Positions 13,501 to 26,800 of a stretch of 64,000 bases of DNA are shown in pieces; the stretch's first letter is position 1, and the number at the start of each line of letters is the position of its first letter. Under the pieces are notes generated by a model, which was given only the letters and a program-made list of their open reading frames with translations, was not told the origin of the DNA and searched no databases. Source of the DNA: Pavona decussata (Eukaryota); NCBI GenBank assembly GCA_977016875.1, contig CDRNST010000066.1, positions 806,001 through 870,000 on the forward strand, read 5' to 3'. Made by a program: the position numbers and the translations under genes.

Positions 13501-16500
13501 ACTGAGTTAGTTAAATTTGTCTTCTGTTTCATATAAGTACAAAGAGCGAATTCTCGTTTTAGTTCCGGACCGTTATTGGTCAGCCACTGGATATAAGTAC
13601 ATACGATGCGGTGTAGACGTTTTTACTTTACGGCTTTTGTGGTAAGAATAAACACGCTTTTATAATAATAAGTTCCTGAAGTGAACATTCAAATAAAAAC
13701 CACTGAGAGGTTCTATCTTGCTTTACTGTTAATATTTTTTTAAAGTTTCTTTCTTTCTTTTTCTTTCTTATTTTTTCTATCGCCGATCCTTAATACTGTT
13801 CCATCTTCTACGCAAGTCAGTATTATCATATTTAGAAATGAAAAAGACGGAGTCTGTTCAGATCGTTTATTATAATCATAACGGTGTAAACACTAAAACT
13901 GTAGTCTTGAACCACTGTATTTTTAAATAGCACATACTATAGCAGAACTAGGTCATACAGATGTATATGCTTAGGTTCCTTTGTGTGATTATTTATTTTT
14001 AAAATTTATTTTTCTTAATCTTCGCCCTGATGGTGGACATTATCCTAAAACTACATACAGGATTTCCTGAACCTCCAACGCCACCTAAAACTACAACTTC
14101 CCCTCAAACCACATCAACGCCCAAGACTACAACTTCGCCTAAAAATACAACATCGACCGAAATTACAACCTCGCCTGAAACTACATCCCTGCCTAAAAAC
14201 ACAACATCGCCTGCTACAGCCACGACAAGGCATACAACTGCAACATCGCCTAGAACTACCATGATGTCGCCAAGTACCCAACCTTCTACGCAGAACTAGC
14301 CAGGAATGCAAGGAAAACGTAAGTATGCCAGAAACGTAAACAAGAAGACACTACGAGCCAGAATAAACTTCCTATGATTTCTAGAATGCGAAAATGCGAT
14401 ATGTTTCTTCCCAATTGCCAGTATGTTTGTTTCCTCTCGTCATGTCAGAAGATTCATAATGGAATCTCAACTCAACTTTTATACAACCGCAAAACGTCAT
14501 GTTACATACACTGTAAAGAGTAACGACCCTCATTGCTTTCGAATCTAGCAGCCTTTTTTGTTTCCAACACTGGTCCCTCTGGGTGGCTAAAAGGTGTAGC
14601 GTATTTAGGTCGATCTATCCGGATAAGACCGTAATAAATACTATTTTATACTTCAACCCAAACTAGCAGTATGAGAAAAAAAAAGTTGTATGGTTTTACC
14701 AGCATTGAAATGAATGAGATTTGACACGCCTTATCACTGGTACTAAAATTATTTGCTTTGTTTGTTTGTTTGTTTTTGTTTTGTTTTGGTCACTAAACCG
14801 TGTGATGAACAGGTCATTGGAGAAGTGTTTTCCAGGTACCATAAAAAAAAATACAACACGTTGTGCGTAGTAATTGGCAGCAAGTAGTTATTCCATCTCA
14901 CAATATATAAAATTATGCAAGCTATACATGTCATAATGCGGTGTATTTCGAAAATAGAAGAAAATGTTACTCGAAGCTGTGATTTTCAAATACCACCCTT
15001 AACTTGTCATTACGTTGGCCACTTGCTCTTTATAGCAGGAGTAATTTTGCTTCCTTTTGTTTCATTGTTTGATTGTTTACTTACCAGTTTTCTTCTTCTT
15101 TTATTTATTTCTTTATTTTTTTTTATTTTAGGCCACAGCCGTGTGACCAGACAGCCGTGTCAAATGGATTCTGTTTTACCAATGATCCTTCCTCTTACAG
15201 GAATGATCTAGAATTAGAACTAATTAAAAATACATAAAAGGCCCAAGTTCAACCGACGTGCATTTAAAGGATCTTAATTTCCGTGAATGTTAATAGTATC
15301 AATAGTGAAACTGAGAGGACTCAACCCCTAGACAATTCTTACTCTCCCGTGAGAGCTAGTTCTCTATCACCTGAGTCCAGCATTTGCTTAACTACCCAAA
15401 AATTGACGATTGACCGAAAACTGTTCCAATTATACCATTTGATGGTGAGATACAGTGGTTTTCTCGATTAAGAACACAAACTGAGGGAACTATTCTTTAA
15501 GCTCGTGATGTATGGCAACAATGTAACGATTCATGCTTCCCCTCACCACGTCGCATTAGCCACGCGGCTTATGAGCTTATGAGCCCATGACTTTGTACTT
15601 TGAACCTGATTTAACTTGCTTTAGTGTATAGCCGTTTTTAATTGTCAATTAGCTAAATAAACTAGAAAAGATTAAGAGTGCGTTATTTTTTATTTTCTCA
15701 TGACTGTAGGCATTGCATCCTTCGTATTATAATCGTTGACCATTGCCTAGTTTTTGCAACGGTAGTGATCTCTGTTGATCTTTAGTGATTATATCAAAAC
15801 CACTGATGCAGCTCTAACTTTGACACATTTCTCTGTTGATAAAAAAACGAACCAAGACCTGAGTATGAGCCTAAAGTAAAACAACGCTAACTCGAACTCG
15901 GTTCGAACTCTCCGCTAATTCAAACTAGTTTTATTTTCCCTTGGATCAAACGTACCCTGATAACTCGGGTTGTATTTTAAATTAAAACGTCCGTCCACAA
16001 ACCTCAGAATTAACTTACTTACAGCTTATTCACGTGTTGAAATCTCTCATCTTTATTCATAACGTGATTGTAAGGTATGAAAACCGTCTTTTCAGAAGTC
16101 CGAGCCTTTGGCTTAAAAAAAATTTTTGGTTTGTCCTTTTAATATGTTCTCAACATTTTGGCTCAAACTCCCAAACTAAACATGCGCTTCTATTACAAAA
16201 ATTACAAAATTATTGAGCCAACGATGCTCGTGGTTGTGAAACAATGATGAAAACCACGATATTTTATTAATTATGAGCAGAATGCTTAAAATTCATCACA
16301 AACCCGCTAACTCGAACCACTTTTGTCCCTTGGGAGTTTGAGTTACCCGGCCGTTCTTCTGTTGTTGAAGTTCATTGCCACCTCGCCTGGAGGGGCTCCA
16401 GGTACTCCCTTTATGTAAGCTATAGAGGGATATGCCCCCCCCCCCCCCCCTGAAATTTGATGTGGTTTTGCCTTCTGCTTGGAAATTGAGTAGAGTTTTC

Positions 16501-16620
16501 TAGTTGACGTCCAGAGCTTATAAACAATCATTTTTTTTCTTCGATCGAAAAAAGATAAAAAGAACATCGAGCTGGCATTTCGAATGACATGGCATTTGAC
16601 TGCGATGAAAAGCCTCATAA

Positions 16621-17357
16621 CTGAGTAATTTAGACTTGGCAACCTTCCTTCATTTAAACCTTACATGCTTTAAGTCCCGGGGGGGGGTACTCCCCTATAT
16701 AAGCTATATAGGTATGTGCCGCCCCAAAGGGTATGGTTTTTGACCCGTTTTGGTCTGAAAATGGGTATAGATTTTGACAATTACGGTCTGAAATCGGGTC
16801 GGGTTTTCGGGGCGGGGAACATTTACGAAAGCTTACAAACATATTTTTCTACTCAGTACCTAACTGGAACGACTAACTGATAGCGAGAAAAAGAAATAGA
16901 TAAACTATGTCATTCCAGCTTACTTTTACTTCTTGCGTCAACTTCCGTTCGGCACTGATGCATAATTATCAGGTCTTAAAACGGGTATGAATTTTAGAGG
17001 TCAGGTCTGAAAACGGGTGTGGAAAATGGCATGTTTAGGTCTGAAATAGGGTCGGGATTTGAAGACCCGGGCGGCACACCCTCACCAGGAAATTCCGAGG
17101 AGTACCCCCCCCCCCCCCCCCGGGCTTTAAGTATGGGAAAACAAAAAATAAGATTAGTCGCTGACAGATGGGCTTACAAATTTTTCCGTCAGGATTTGAA
17201 CTCAAGACCGTTCCGTACTGAGTAATTTCGACTTGGCAACCTTTCTTCATTTAAACCTTACATGCTTTAAGTATGGTAAAACAAAAAATAAGATTAGTCG
17301 CTGACAGATGAGCTTACAAATTTTTCCGTCAGTATTTGAACTCAAGACCGTTCCGTA
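16621..17357 (+). repeat. Tandem duplication of a ~140-bp unit; the first copy is interrupted by a MITE
   Basis: CTGAGTAATTT..ACTTGGCAACC...CAAGACCGTTCCGTA occurs at 16621-16675 plus 17133-17217, and again at 17218-17357. Confidence 0.85.
16676..17124. mobile_element. CCCGGG-terminal MITE with 8-bp TSD
   Basis: TIR CCCGGGGGG..GTACTCC / GGAGTACCCC..CCCGGG. TSD CTTTAAGT at 16668-16675 and 17125-17132. The adjacent duplicate retains the empty site. Confidence 0.9.
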
Positions 17358-18242
17358 AGCTGTTGGCATGTACGCTCTACCACCGCTGAGTGTCACACAA
17401 TTTTTTATTTATTATTATTATTTTTTTTTTTTTTTACACACTCCAAATATCGAAAACGCTAATTCTTTCGATGTGCGGGAATTTTTGTTTAATTTTGAAC
17501 CAAGTTAAATGACTTAGTTCTAAAAAGTGTTTTCAGTAGCTAAGTAGCGTAGCATACGACCGGTGTAGCGAACGAAAAGCTGCTGAGGTTTTGATAAGAT
17601 TTCTGATCTAAAAATACAGTAATTAAGACAAACCAGACAACGACAAATTTTCAACAGCAAAATGCGTCCTTAGCAGCTCTTATTACATTGAAAAGAGCAT
17701 CAAAACAATGTTTACCTTAAAAATAAAAGCCCCACTGGTCTCGATTGAACGTAGTTGTATTTTTTTTACAGTTTTCATATGAAATCTAGACAGCTGTCAG
17801 TCCCTCTGTGGTGAGTGGAGCGAGTCGGGGCTAATCGTAGGATCGTTCATGCAGCACGAGTAGTTTTCCGCTCGAGCCGGTAATTCTACTGGCTACTTCT
17901 CTTCCTTGTTTTCCTATTGTATCTTCTCATTTGTTTCGAAAGTTTGCTTTTCTCTGCTTTGTCCTGTTCTACTTCAATTTGAGCTGAATGAAATTCACAA
18001 TTCTTAACTCATTTGCAAACTTAGTTGTTGTTATGGTGAATATTAACCTGCACTGCTTATAGACCGTTGTTATTTTCCTCTCTAACCACCCGCACAACCT
18101 GCTTACACGCTTTCTTAGTTTGCAAATCAGTCTCCTATAACAAAAACATGAAAGCTATTGAAACGATGCGGTCCGTTGTTGTGAGAAGAAGCGGTTACAA
18201 ACGGTTACGCTTGGTCACTGGTGAAATAATAAGGTCATAGCT

Positions 18243-21200
18243 ATGAGGAGTAAAAACTTCAGTTTCCCAACCTGGGTGATTAACGTTAGCGCTTTAATCA
18301 CGTGTGTACTGATACTGCTCTATCTCGGGTCACAAACGAAAGTCACTGAACACAACAAAGACAGGCAAAGAAATGAAGATCACCACGTTGTGGACGTAAA
18401 GTACATTGATTTTTTCTCTGTGAGGTAAGAAGTTTACACGTATTTAAAGCAGAAAAAGGATTCCACGGCTACAATGCGTCGGACTGATTTAGAAACGTAG
18501 CATGACGTTCAAACGTTCCATTCAAACACTGAAATCAAATAGCAACTGTGATAGCGCAAAAACAACTGAGGCAAATCGACAAGTGAATTCTTTCGAGCAT
18601 TTGTTTTTATTTAGAATTGGTTAAAATCATATATCTATTTGCTTGTTCATATAAATAAGGAAGGTCGAGGTTAAACACATACTACTGGTCAACTCTGTCA
18701 CCTTGTTCTACTTTATTGCCTTAAGCCCTTGAAATTCACAAAACACGTGCAATGGCAAAAGGACGTTTAACAGTAGAGAGACAAAAGAACCAATAGAGAT
18801 ATGAGTAGGAGATGTCCAAAGGCGCTAGACTGAAATATATCACAGCCGTTACCTTTCAAAACTACAATTTTACAATTGATAACGATGTTAATAAGCTTCT
18901 AGGCCAAGAAAGGCAATTATATTCAAGAAATGCTCATTAAAACGTATAATTCAATAGTTCTAAAACTGCGCAAACATTCCCAAAATTCTGGATCAACAAA
19001 ACATTTTTTAGGTTTCTGCAGATAATGTGAAAAAATTAGTAGAACTTAATTGCATTTAAGTTTTATGTTTTGCAAGCAGCAAAACCTTATCTGATACCTG
19101 ATGTCTCTTACGCTTCTGCAGGATAAATTTGTTTTGTCTAAAATTTTCCCAAACTCTCTTCGCCTCATTGATCAAATTAACTCTTGCTATTGTCAGTGTT
19201 CATAATATAATGTTTTGTATTTATTTAAGTCATCACTTACGAATCTCGTAATCATCTCATGCCTCATTTCAAGCGTCTGAAAGTCAAATAAAATGAAAGC
19301 AGGTTTAATCTTTGCATTTATACTTGTCATGCATTTTCATTTCATTATTTAACTGGTCGATGCGCATTTTATTTCGTCTAGACCCTCACAACTCGTTTAT
19401 CTGGACAAGAAGGGCTATCGGTTAGCACTGGACGCCACCGATGAATCCAGCTTCATCGAAGCTAGAAATGGTGTCATTGACAGTTTATCCACGGACAAAA
19501 CACGTGAGATGCCGACCAATAACAGCTCAGACGTCACCCTGTCAAGATCATCTAATGATAGCTTTATGAATGTGTACGATGAAAGTGAAGAAAAGGGCGA
19601 TGCTGAAAGAGACGAGAGTATTGATTACAATATGGGATGGGACGAGTTTCCAGAAGAACCGAAGAGGTAATGAACGTTTCATTCGGCTGCCTCTAATAAG
19701 TCTTATCCCCCATTCACACCAAGGCTTAAACACGTTTAAAAACTGTTTAGTTAAACAGTTTAAAATTGTTTCCTTCATAAAAGCTGCTTCGGATTTTTGT
19801 CGACTAGAGATTAAGGACAAATGAAGGCATAAGTTAAAGTTTACTTGAATCCTATGTCAAAGCCAATGGTTCAGCTTTCTGTTAACAATTTTCATTTTGT
19901 TAAACCTGGTTAAATTAAACATGTTTTGTTGGTGTGAATGGGGCTTTAGACGGTGAATTTTTCTCCATTGTTCCTATCCACCTGTGAGCATGAATAGTGA
20001 ATTGACAAAGGCTAGCCATGATATATTGATATTTAAAGAATGAATGTTGGTCTTGGTGTTGCAGAATCCCTTGTAGTCCCAAACGCCCGCTACAAAATGT
20101 AGTGCTGCTAAGAACTCACCGATCCGGCAGTGGAACACTGGCCAACGTAATATACAGATATGGTGACTTAAACGACCTGGAGTTCGCTCTGCCAAAACAG
20201 AGGAGTTATGACTTCTACTGGCCATTACACTTTAATCCAAGCTTTGTGGACAAGGCGTATCTCAACTCTACACCTCCAAACTTGCTCATCAACGCTAGAT
20301 ATAGTCCTGATACGATGGCGTCTTTCATGTCCAAGGTACAAAGACTATTGTTTATCATTCTAATATACAATCATCTATGAGCCTTCACCAATCTCCACCA
20401 CTCTACCTCTTCTTCTTTAACGTGAACTAGATGTTTATCTCACCGGTCACATGGTCTTTCAGTTACTCTTAGTCTCTTTGGTGCAGAAAAATGATCTTTG
20501 GTCAGTTTACCAGCTGCATTGTACGAATCTGGCATATCAATTTTTTTCACATGCTTTATTTAAATACGCAAATACACTTAGGTTGCTTACACTTATATAA
20601 ATCACTTACACTTATACAGTATTTGAATTTTACATAGTACTTTTCTGTTAAGTTAAAGTGCCCCTGGGACGAAAATTTCATTTTCCATCTTTTTGCATTT
20701 TCGTGTAGAATATGACCTTTTTACTCATGTTACCAAATTTCAATCCTTTACGGCGATTGGAAGGAAATTTTTTTTGGCTTTTTATTCGAGATTTCACGGC
20801 CGCCATTACTTGGCCTTGTTCCGGAAGTTAAGGCTCAAATTACAGGAAGTGACGTCATTGGCTCAACACGAAAAATTCCACATGGCTAATTTTCATATGG
20901 ATTCTACTTTATAAATTGTATTCTGCCCCCAGGGGCACTTTAAAAGAGAGAAAAAAAAGGCACAACTAAGTAATCGAGAAGAAGAAAAGAAAAGAAAAGA
21001 AAAGAAAAATAAGATAACAAAAGAAGTTAAACAAAAACTACAAAATTGAGCCTATGCATTACTTTGCATATAAAAGTTAAGAAAAAGATGTATCACATCA
21101 TTCATTTTGATTGAGAGCAAAAATTCCATATACTACATTGACCATTTAAGCACATTTTTCTAATTTCCGTTGAATAGTAAGTTTGTTTACAAGTTCATCT

Positions 21201-24200
21201 AAAGACAATTCTTTTTCAAGGTGTTTAGAGGAGTAGATATATTGTTTGACCAAGATGATGAGCAAATCTAGCCTGCGTCTTTCGGGGTCCGAGAGCACAT
21301 CAGTTACATGATGTATATCATAACAGACAATTTTTTCATTCAAGAGTGCTATTGTAGTACCTTGACACTGGTTGCACCATGATATAATTTGTGAGTAAAG
21401 TTTTACAGATAGACTCCCTGCAATCAATAAAGGTGTGTTCTATTGAATCACCACTAGAGCAATATAAACATTTATCGTTATCCGCTAAATGAAATAGTCT
21501 GAGTTCTCTCCTCGTTACGGTTATTCTATGCAGAAAACGAAAACAAAATTGACGGAGTTTATTATCCTTAGTAAAGCGGTGTATCAACAAATTTTTCTGG
21601 GAATTTTTCCTGCTACTTTTTAACTCCACTTGGGACAATGGAGCCGTGATTATTGAACAACTGGTAATAATTTTTACAGCGCGTTTCAGCAAGATCAAAA
21701 ACAGTTTTATTTAACGGAGCGGATGCGGAAGTCGAAGAGAGATCAGCTGCAGGTATAAACGTTTATGCTGCTCTCCTTTTCAACTCGGATGGAATGGCTG
21801 AAATTAGTTGAAAGCAGTTCAAATAATTTGTGGTGATGTTAAATTTGTTGCCAAACTCTTAATATGATAAAAAGTTGCCATTTGTATTTAGCACATCCTT
21901 TACTGTTACAACTCCGCTATCAAACCATGACTTCCAAAACAAGGTAGCATTGTCTATGGTTATCGACTTGTTATTCCAAAGAATGAATTCGCCATTTGGA
22001 AGGATATTGGTTGTATTCTTGAGATCTTGAAAATATTGAAGAAGTTCTCGATAAAAGAGAGGCAGACCTGTTTTTAAGAGTTTTCCATTAAAGTTGCATT
22101 TGAGGAGAAATAATAGGCTGCCATGTTTTCGAAAGTAGTAAATTGGGATTGCCTTCCATTTATCGTCAGACGTGTCCAGTAGTCTACCAATCCAAGCTAG
22201 GCGTAACGATTTAATAACTGCGTGAAAATTGAGGTTAGAGCATATCTATATAAAAAAAAATTGATCGACGAATGAGAGACAGTTTCACATACAGTATTTA
22301 GAATGCTTTAAATTTTGCGTGCATTCGAACCAGTTAATAAAAATGTGCATAAACACTGAAAAAAAAAAATAAAGAACCCGATCGTGAGAGACCTCGTCCT
22401 TTCGTCCCAGTGTTTCTTCCAGGTTTTAGGTTTTTTCCGTCTCCACTTCTTAGTCCCTACCCACAATTAAACAATAGAAAATTAAAATAAAACAAGGAAC
22501 GGCGTGAAAAAAATTGATATATTTTTATTTTAGGACTCTTACTACATTGCCATGATTCGAAAACCATCGAGCCATTTTGAATCTGTCTTTAACGGATATC
22601 AAATTGACACCTTGTTGGGAATGGACAACAGCAGTAACCCGTTTGACGAGTTCCTGGGCAAGCCAAAAGAGTATCTATTGCAATATCTCAAGACAAAGCC
22701 ACGATTTGATATCAACCTCAACATGGCCAAGAATGGTAATTGATATACATTTTTTATACACACAAGCGTGTTTCCTTGTTGGAACAGTGTAGTAGTCAAA
22801 AAGTTAGAGCGATAGCTGGCCGAACCTGACGATCCGTGTTGAGCTCAGGTTTGGTTTCCGCATTCTTAACGTCCTTGAATTCAATTTAGTCCACAGTATG
22901 TCTCAACTCTCAGATGCATAAGAGACTGGTCGAAAAGTATAGGGTGGGGTGGGCCGGAGCAGAGAGGGGTGAGTCATCAGTTTTTGAGCCCTCGGTAAGG
23001 GGTGGGTCGTGCAGTTTTCAGCTACCCATGGGAGGTGGGTCATCCTATTTTTAAGAGGAATAGGCACACATTTATCTGTCAAGCAGCATTCAGGCTTTCT
23101 CTGAGAAGTGTACGGTAGGTCAAGACCTGGTAGTGAAATACATGCCTCACTTTGTATACCTTAACATGATGAAACAAACGAGAGAATGGGGAGTTGGGAA
23201 AAAGAGAGTGTTACTTGACCTGTGAGGATGTAGAGTGGGGGAAACTCCTCGATGAGGATTTCCTGAGAAAGCAAAGAGTTTCCGTCCTTAATCTGTTTAT
23301 CAAAAGTCACAAGCTGACAACCGAAAAGAAATAAACGAAAAAAGAATTAAGCTTGACTTAGTGTCAGCTCACATTCAGTTGTCAGCAGCCATGGGCAGTG
23401 TATCTGAATCGAGCGTCAGCAGTTCAGAAGCAATTGAAGACTGTGGTCTGCAGGAAGTTGGGAGTGATTTTGTGATTTTGCCTTAAACATGGCGTCCTCG
23501 TCTAGTGATAAAAAGCATTTCCATGACAAGGTCTTTTTGTATTCTCTTCTGTTTCCAGGTTAGAGCATCTTTCAAGCTTTTTTTTAACTCTTTTTCAACA
23601 GGACAAATATTTGATCTAGGTCTTCAGCACAAATATTACAATGACCCAGTCATGATCAGCAAACACATCGACGATTTGTCGGAGAAAATTGACCTGGTTC
23701 TAATCGTGGAGTATTTTGATGAATCTCTTATTTTGCTAAAAAGGGAGCTCTGCTGGGAGTTGGATGATGTGGTTTATTTTAAGCTGAATCAAAGATCTCA
23801 GGAGTACAAGCAAACTGAGATAACCAGTCAACAAAAGGTACAGTTAATCATTAGACAGATTCTTTAAAGCTAGGAGTCTCTAATACGTCAATTAAATAAA
23901 AGCTGTTAACTACAAAAACTGTCATTTAGAAGTTTAGGACCTTCTCTCTCTTCGAAGTGAATGCGTCATGATTGTTCATTGTTAGGGAGTGATTCGTTCC
24001 TGTGGTGCTGTTTATAATGCTGTGAAAGATTAATACAGGTTTTGAGTCGTGGATAAAATCCTCATTTGGGAATAACTGAATAATTTTTGCAAATATATAT
24101 ATATTAACCAATAGAAAATGAGGAGAGAGCTGTCCAGTTATTTTCTCTTGATATTAACCTAGCCTAGTACTTTTTCCTGTAGCACTGTTAGCGGTTTTCA

Positions 24201-26076
24201 TTGGTTTGATCAGTGAAGAATGTTATCATGAAGTTTTGATTTAAATCATAAGCAAAATTCCTGAAACGTGACCTGAGAAAGACTGGCTCTTCCTCCAGTG
24301 TTTCCTGGTCGCCAGCTGAATCTTTTCCTGGCGAGAAGGTCACTCCAGAAATGATGTATTTTTTAATCCGACCAATAAAAATACGCAAGTTAGTTGAGTT
24401 ACTCACCGTTTATTGAGCTTGTGAAGTGCATCCGATCCATACCAAATTCGTCTCCGAATTAGCCCGAGATTCAAATTGAGCGCCGCCATTTTGATTAGCA
24501 CGTGTACTAGAAGCCTGGCCGCTTTTACGTGACGTCATTCCGTCCAAGGGAAATATTGCAAAACCAACAAACGTAAACATATGGATGAAGAAAAGGAAGA
24601 TAACAAAAATAATGAGGGACAACAAGGCACATTTTGGTGTACCTGTAAACCTTGTGAAGCCAAGAGAATGTATTTGTTGTCGCGAAGAGTCGAAGCTGGA
24701 AAACAAGATGGAATGGTACGATTTGTACTCGAAATGTAACAGTTTATTAATCGTATATTGCGTCAAGAATTAAACGCACTTTTCGATCATTTTTGTCTTG
24801 CATTTGTGTGTTTGATATGACTCTAATCTTATTTACTATTGGTTGTGTAATACGCGGGGATTTCACGTATCACCGAAAATGAAAAGTTTTAAATGGTTTT
24901 TCAATGAGCTCTGTTAAATAGGAACTACGGCAAATTCCATTCTTGTTCTCACGTACCCTCTCCAATGCCGCAGAATCGGTAAGAGTAATGATACTTTATT
25001 TTACGGTTTTTTCATAAATTTAGTAATTTTGATTTTTCGAAGCAGTCTTGGGTACAATGTTCGCTGCACAGGAACACATTTTGACGTTTCCACGGCAGCC
25101 CTAGCCTCCCACGCATTCGGTAACACGATTCCCCTAAAAACGACTGCGTGGGAGGCTACGGCAGCCCCGATCTCTCTTCGCAGCAAAGCAGGTCGAGTCA
25201 CTTCTTTGCTAAGCTCTCGTTGTTTTATGAGCAAATTATTAAATGCTACATGTCTTCGTTTGTCCCTTTCGGATCTGTTATCATAGTCCGGAACGAAGAC
25301 GATGGCATTTTCAGTCAATAACGAAAAATGGCAATGCTCAGTTTGTATTTGTATCTTCAGAATCTGAAAAAATTTCAAATTTTTATTTGTTACCTACTTG
25401 CCAAGAAAAGGTGATGGACGAGGTATCAGCTAAATCTATTTTTTTAGATGAAAATTGAATGCGAGGATCTTAGAGAAAGTCGCTCTTAAATAAAAGCTAG
25501 TGTCATACTTTCCCGGGGTACTGTTTATTTTGCTTTATATTTTATTGCATGAACTCCTAACTTGTCCACAGTCAAGTTAAAGCTTTACATCATGGTTGCA
25601 TCTTTTGAGCCAGTCATTGGCCTCTTGAGAATTGCCACTGAAATGAACGCTATTGAGGAACATTTATTAATGGCCTTTCCTTTCTCAATTAGATACAGAT
25701 AAATGATTGGAACAATGGAGATGCTGCCCTGTATGACTTTTTCAACAAAACGCTCTGGAATAAAATTTCCAAACAGGATCACACTTTCTTTCAAGAAGTT
25801 CAAGAATTACGTCGGAAAGTTGAAAAACTAGAAGAGGATTGCATTAATTCCTACCAAACTAACCACGATACAGGAGAAGTGGAGATTAAACTATTTGCGC
25901 ACACTGCAAACGTTAGCAAATATCTGTGTGAGAAAATGATTATGAAAGAAGAAAGCTACATTGTGTACCTTAAGAAGAAAGCCCACATGAAACTTGGTGA
26001 ACATAATGACTACCAGAGAAAACTTTTCTATGACAAGTTAAATAAGACAAGGTTGGAAGAGTCCTTAACTTTGTAG
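18243..26076 (+). CDS. Galactose-3-O-sulfotransferase-like (GAL3ST family) type II membrane protein, 6 exons, 519 aa
   Basis: Exons 18243-18424, 19382-19666, 20065-20335, 22534-22735, 23602-23837 and 25693-26076 splice to a 1560-nt open frame. Motifs: N-terminal TM segment; NVVLLRTHRSGSGTLANVIYRYG (5'-PSB); IRKPSSHFESVF (3'-PB); LVLIVEYFDESLILLKRELCWELDDV; WNNGDAALYDFFNKTLW. AATAAA follows the stop. Confidence 0.9.
20541..22239 (-). mobile_element. 5'-truncated L1/Tx1-clade LINE in the sulfotransferase intron 3
   Basis: Minus strand gives NFHAVIKSLRLAWIGRLL..WKAIP..LLFLLKCNF and the zf-RVT-type LRQFCFRFLHRI..CLYC..DSIEHTFIDC, with frameshifts. AATAAA plus an A-tail lie near 20541-20560. Candidate TSD is GCATATC. 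Confidence 0.85.
20657..20939. mobile_element. Kolobok-type MITE nested in the LINE 3' UTR
   Basis: TTAA-AGTGCCCCTGGG...CCCAGGGGCACT-TTAA. Confidence 0.8.
25102..25158. mobile_element. 57-bp mini-MITE with 9-bp TSD
   Basis: TIR TAGCCTCCCACGCA/TGCGTGGGAGGCTA. TSD CGGCAGCCC at 25093-25101 and 25159-25167. Confidence 0.85.
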
Positions 26077-26599
26077 GTGACATACTTTTTTGGAATAAAA
26101 TAATCTCTTGTTGATGGTGTTGTTCTTGTTGCTATTTTGGAACCATGTAGTTCGTTAGCTAAGGTCTTTGCAGCGATGTATTCACGAATGCCCGGCTAGT
26201 TCCGATCCGGTCGAAGAGGACAAAGTTTCCGAATGGAAAAGAAAACATATGCAAAGCGAGGTTGAGAATATGGTGGAAAGATTTACTCGACGGCGAAGGG
26301 AGACCCAAAGAGGCACTCATAATTATAAGACGTCCCTCCTGTGGTGGATACGTCTCAAAGACTAGAAGAAGTCCGATTACAAATCGAAACATGTTTAATG
26401 GCTTCTAAACATATTGACCACATGCTCTATGGTTTCATCACATACCATAACATTTAGTGAGTCACATGACAATAAACGCGGCAATAATTGGTTAGCACTA
26501 AAAAACTATAACAGGAACATAGTAAATCTAAGTTTAACAACTAAAGTGCTTAGCAAATGAGAAGTCTCTCTTTTAATGTCTCTTGCGCATTCGCATTCG

Positions 26600-26800
26600 G
26601 GTCTTCTTAAATTCGTTCCTCGACCACGACTTGAACTGCGGCTTAACTCTCGTCCTTTGCTCTGTTTGGAGTGACAGCACACTTCAAAATGACCCACGTT
26701 GCCACACTGTCCGCATTTACGGTCACGTGAACGACGGCAATCCTTTGCAAAGTGGCCCACTTTTTGAAGGCCATTTAACTAGGTTCGTGGGACAAACATC
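26600..26800 (-). mobile_element. LTR retrotransposon (Ty3/Gypsy-like) gag zinc-knuckle fragment
   Basis: GHFAKDC..RKCGQCGNVGHFEVCC: one complete and one partial CCHC knuckle. No LTRs or pol seen. Confidence 0.65.

Larger units (their letters stand above)
8619..14299 (+). pseudogene. Astacin metalloprotease pseudogene (paralog 2) with Thr/Pro-rich tail
   Basis: Phase-consistent exons: 8619-8745 (AMAAITEGMDEWRTKACIRF), 8990-9084 (CSSNVGRTGGRQDITL..GTVAHKIG), 10927-11010 ([18 protein letters not shown]), 11837-11974 (Met-turn SVMHY), 13563-13641 (VIGQPLDIS..LYGFC), 14061-14318 (TTSP repeats, TQN*). Lesions: HEIGH>HKIGH, a frameshift near 11896, and in-frame TAG at 13614. Confidence 0.9.

Noticed and set aside
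13341-13536. ORFs with TNQP / WLVG repeats
   Set aside because: Translations of a (TTGG)n microsatellite.
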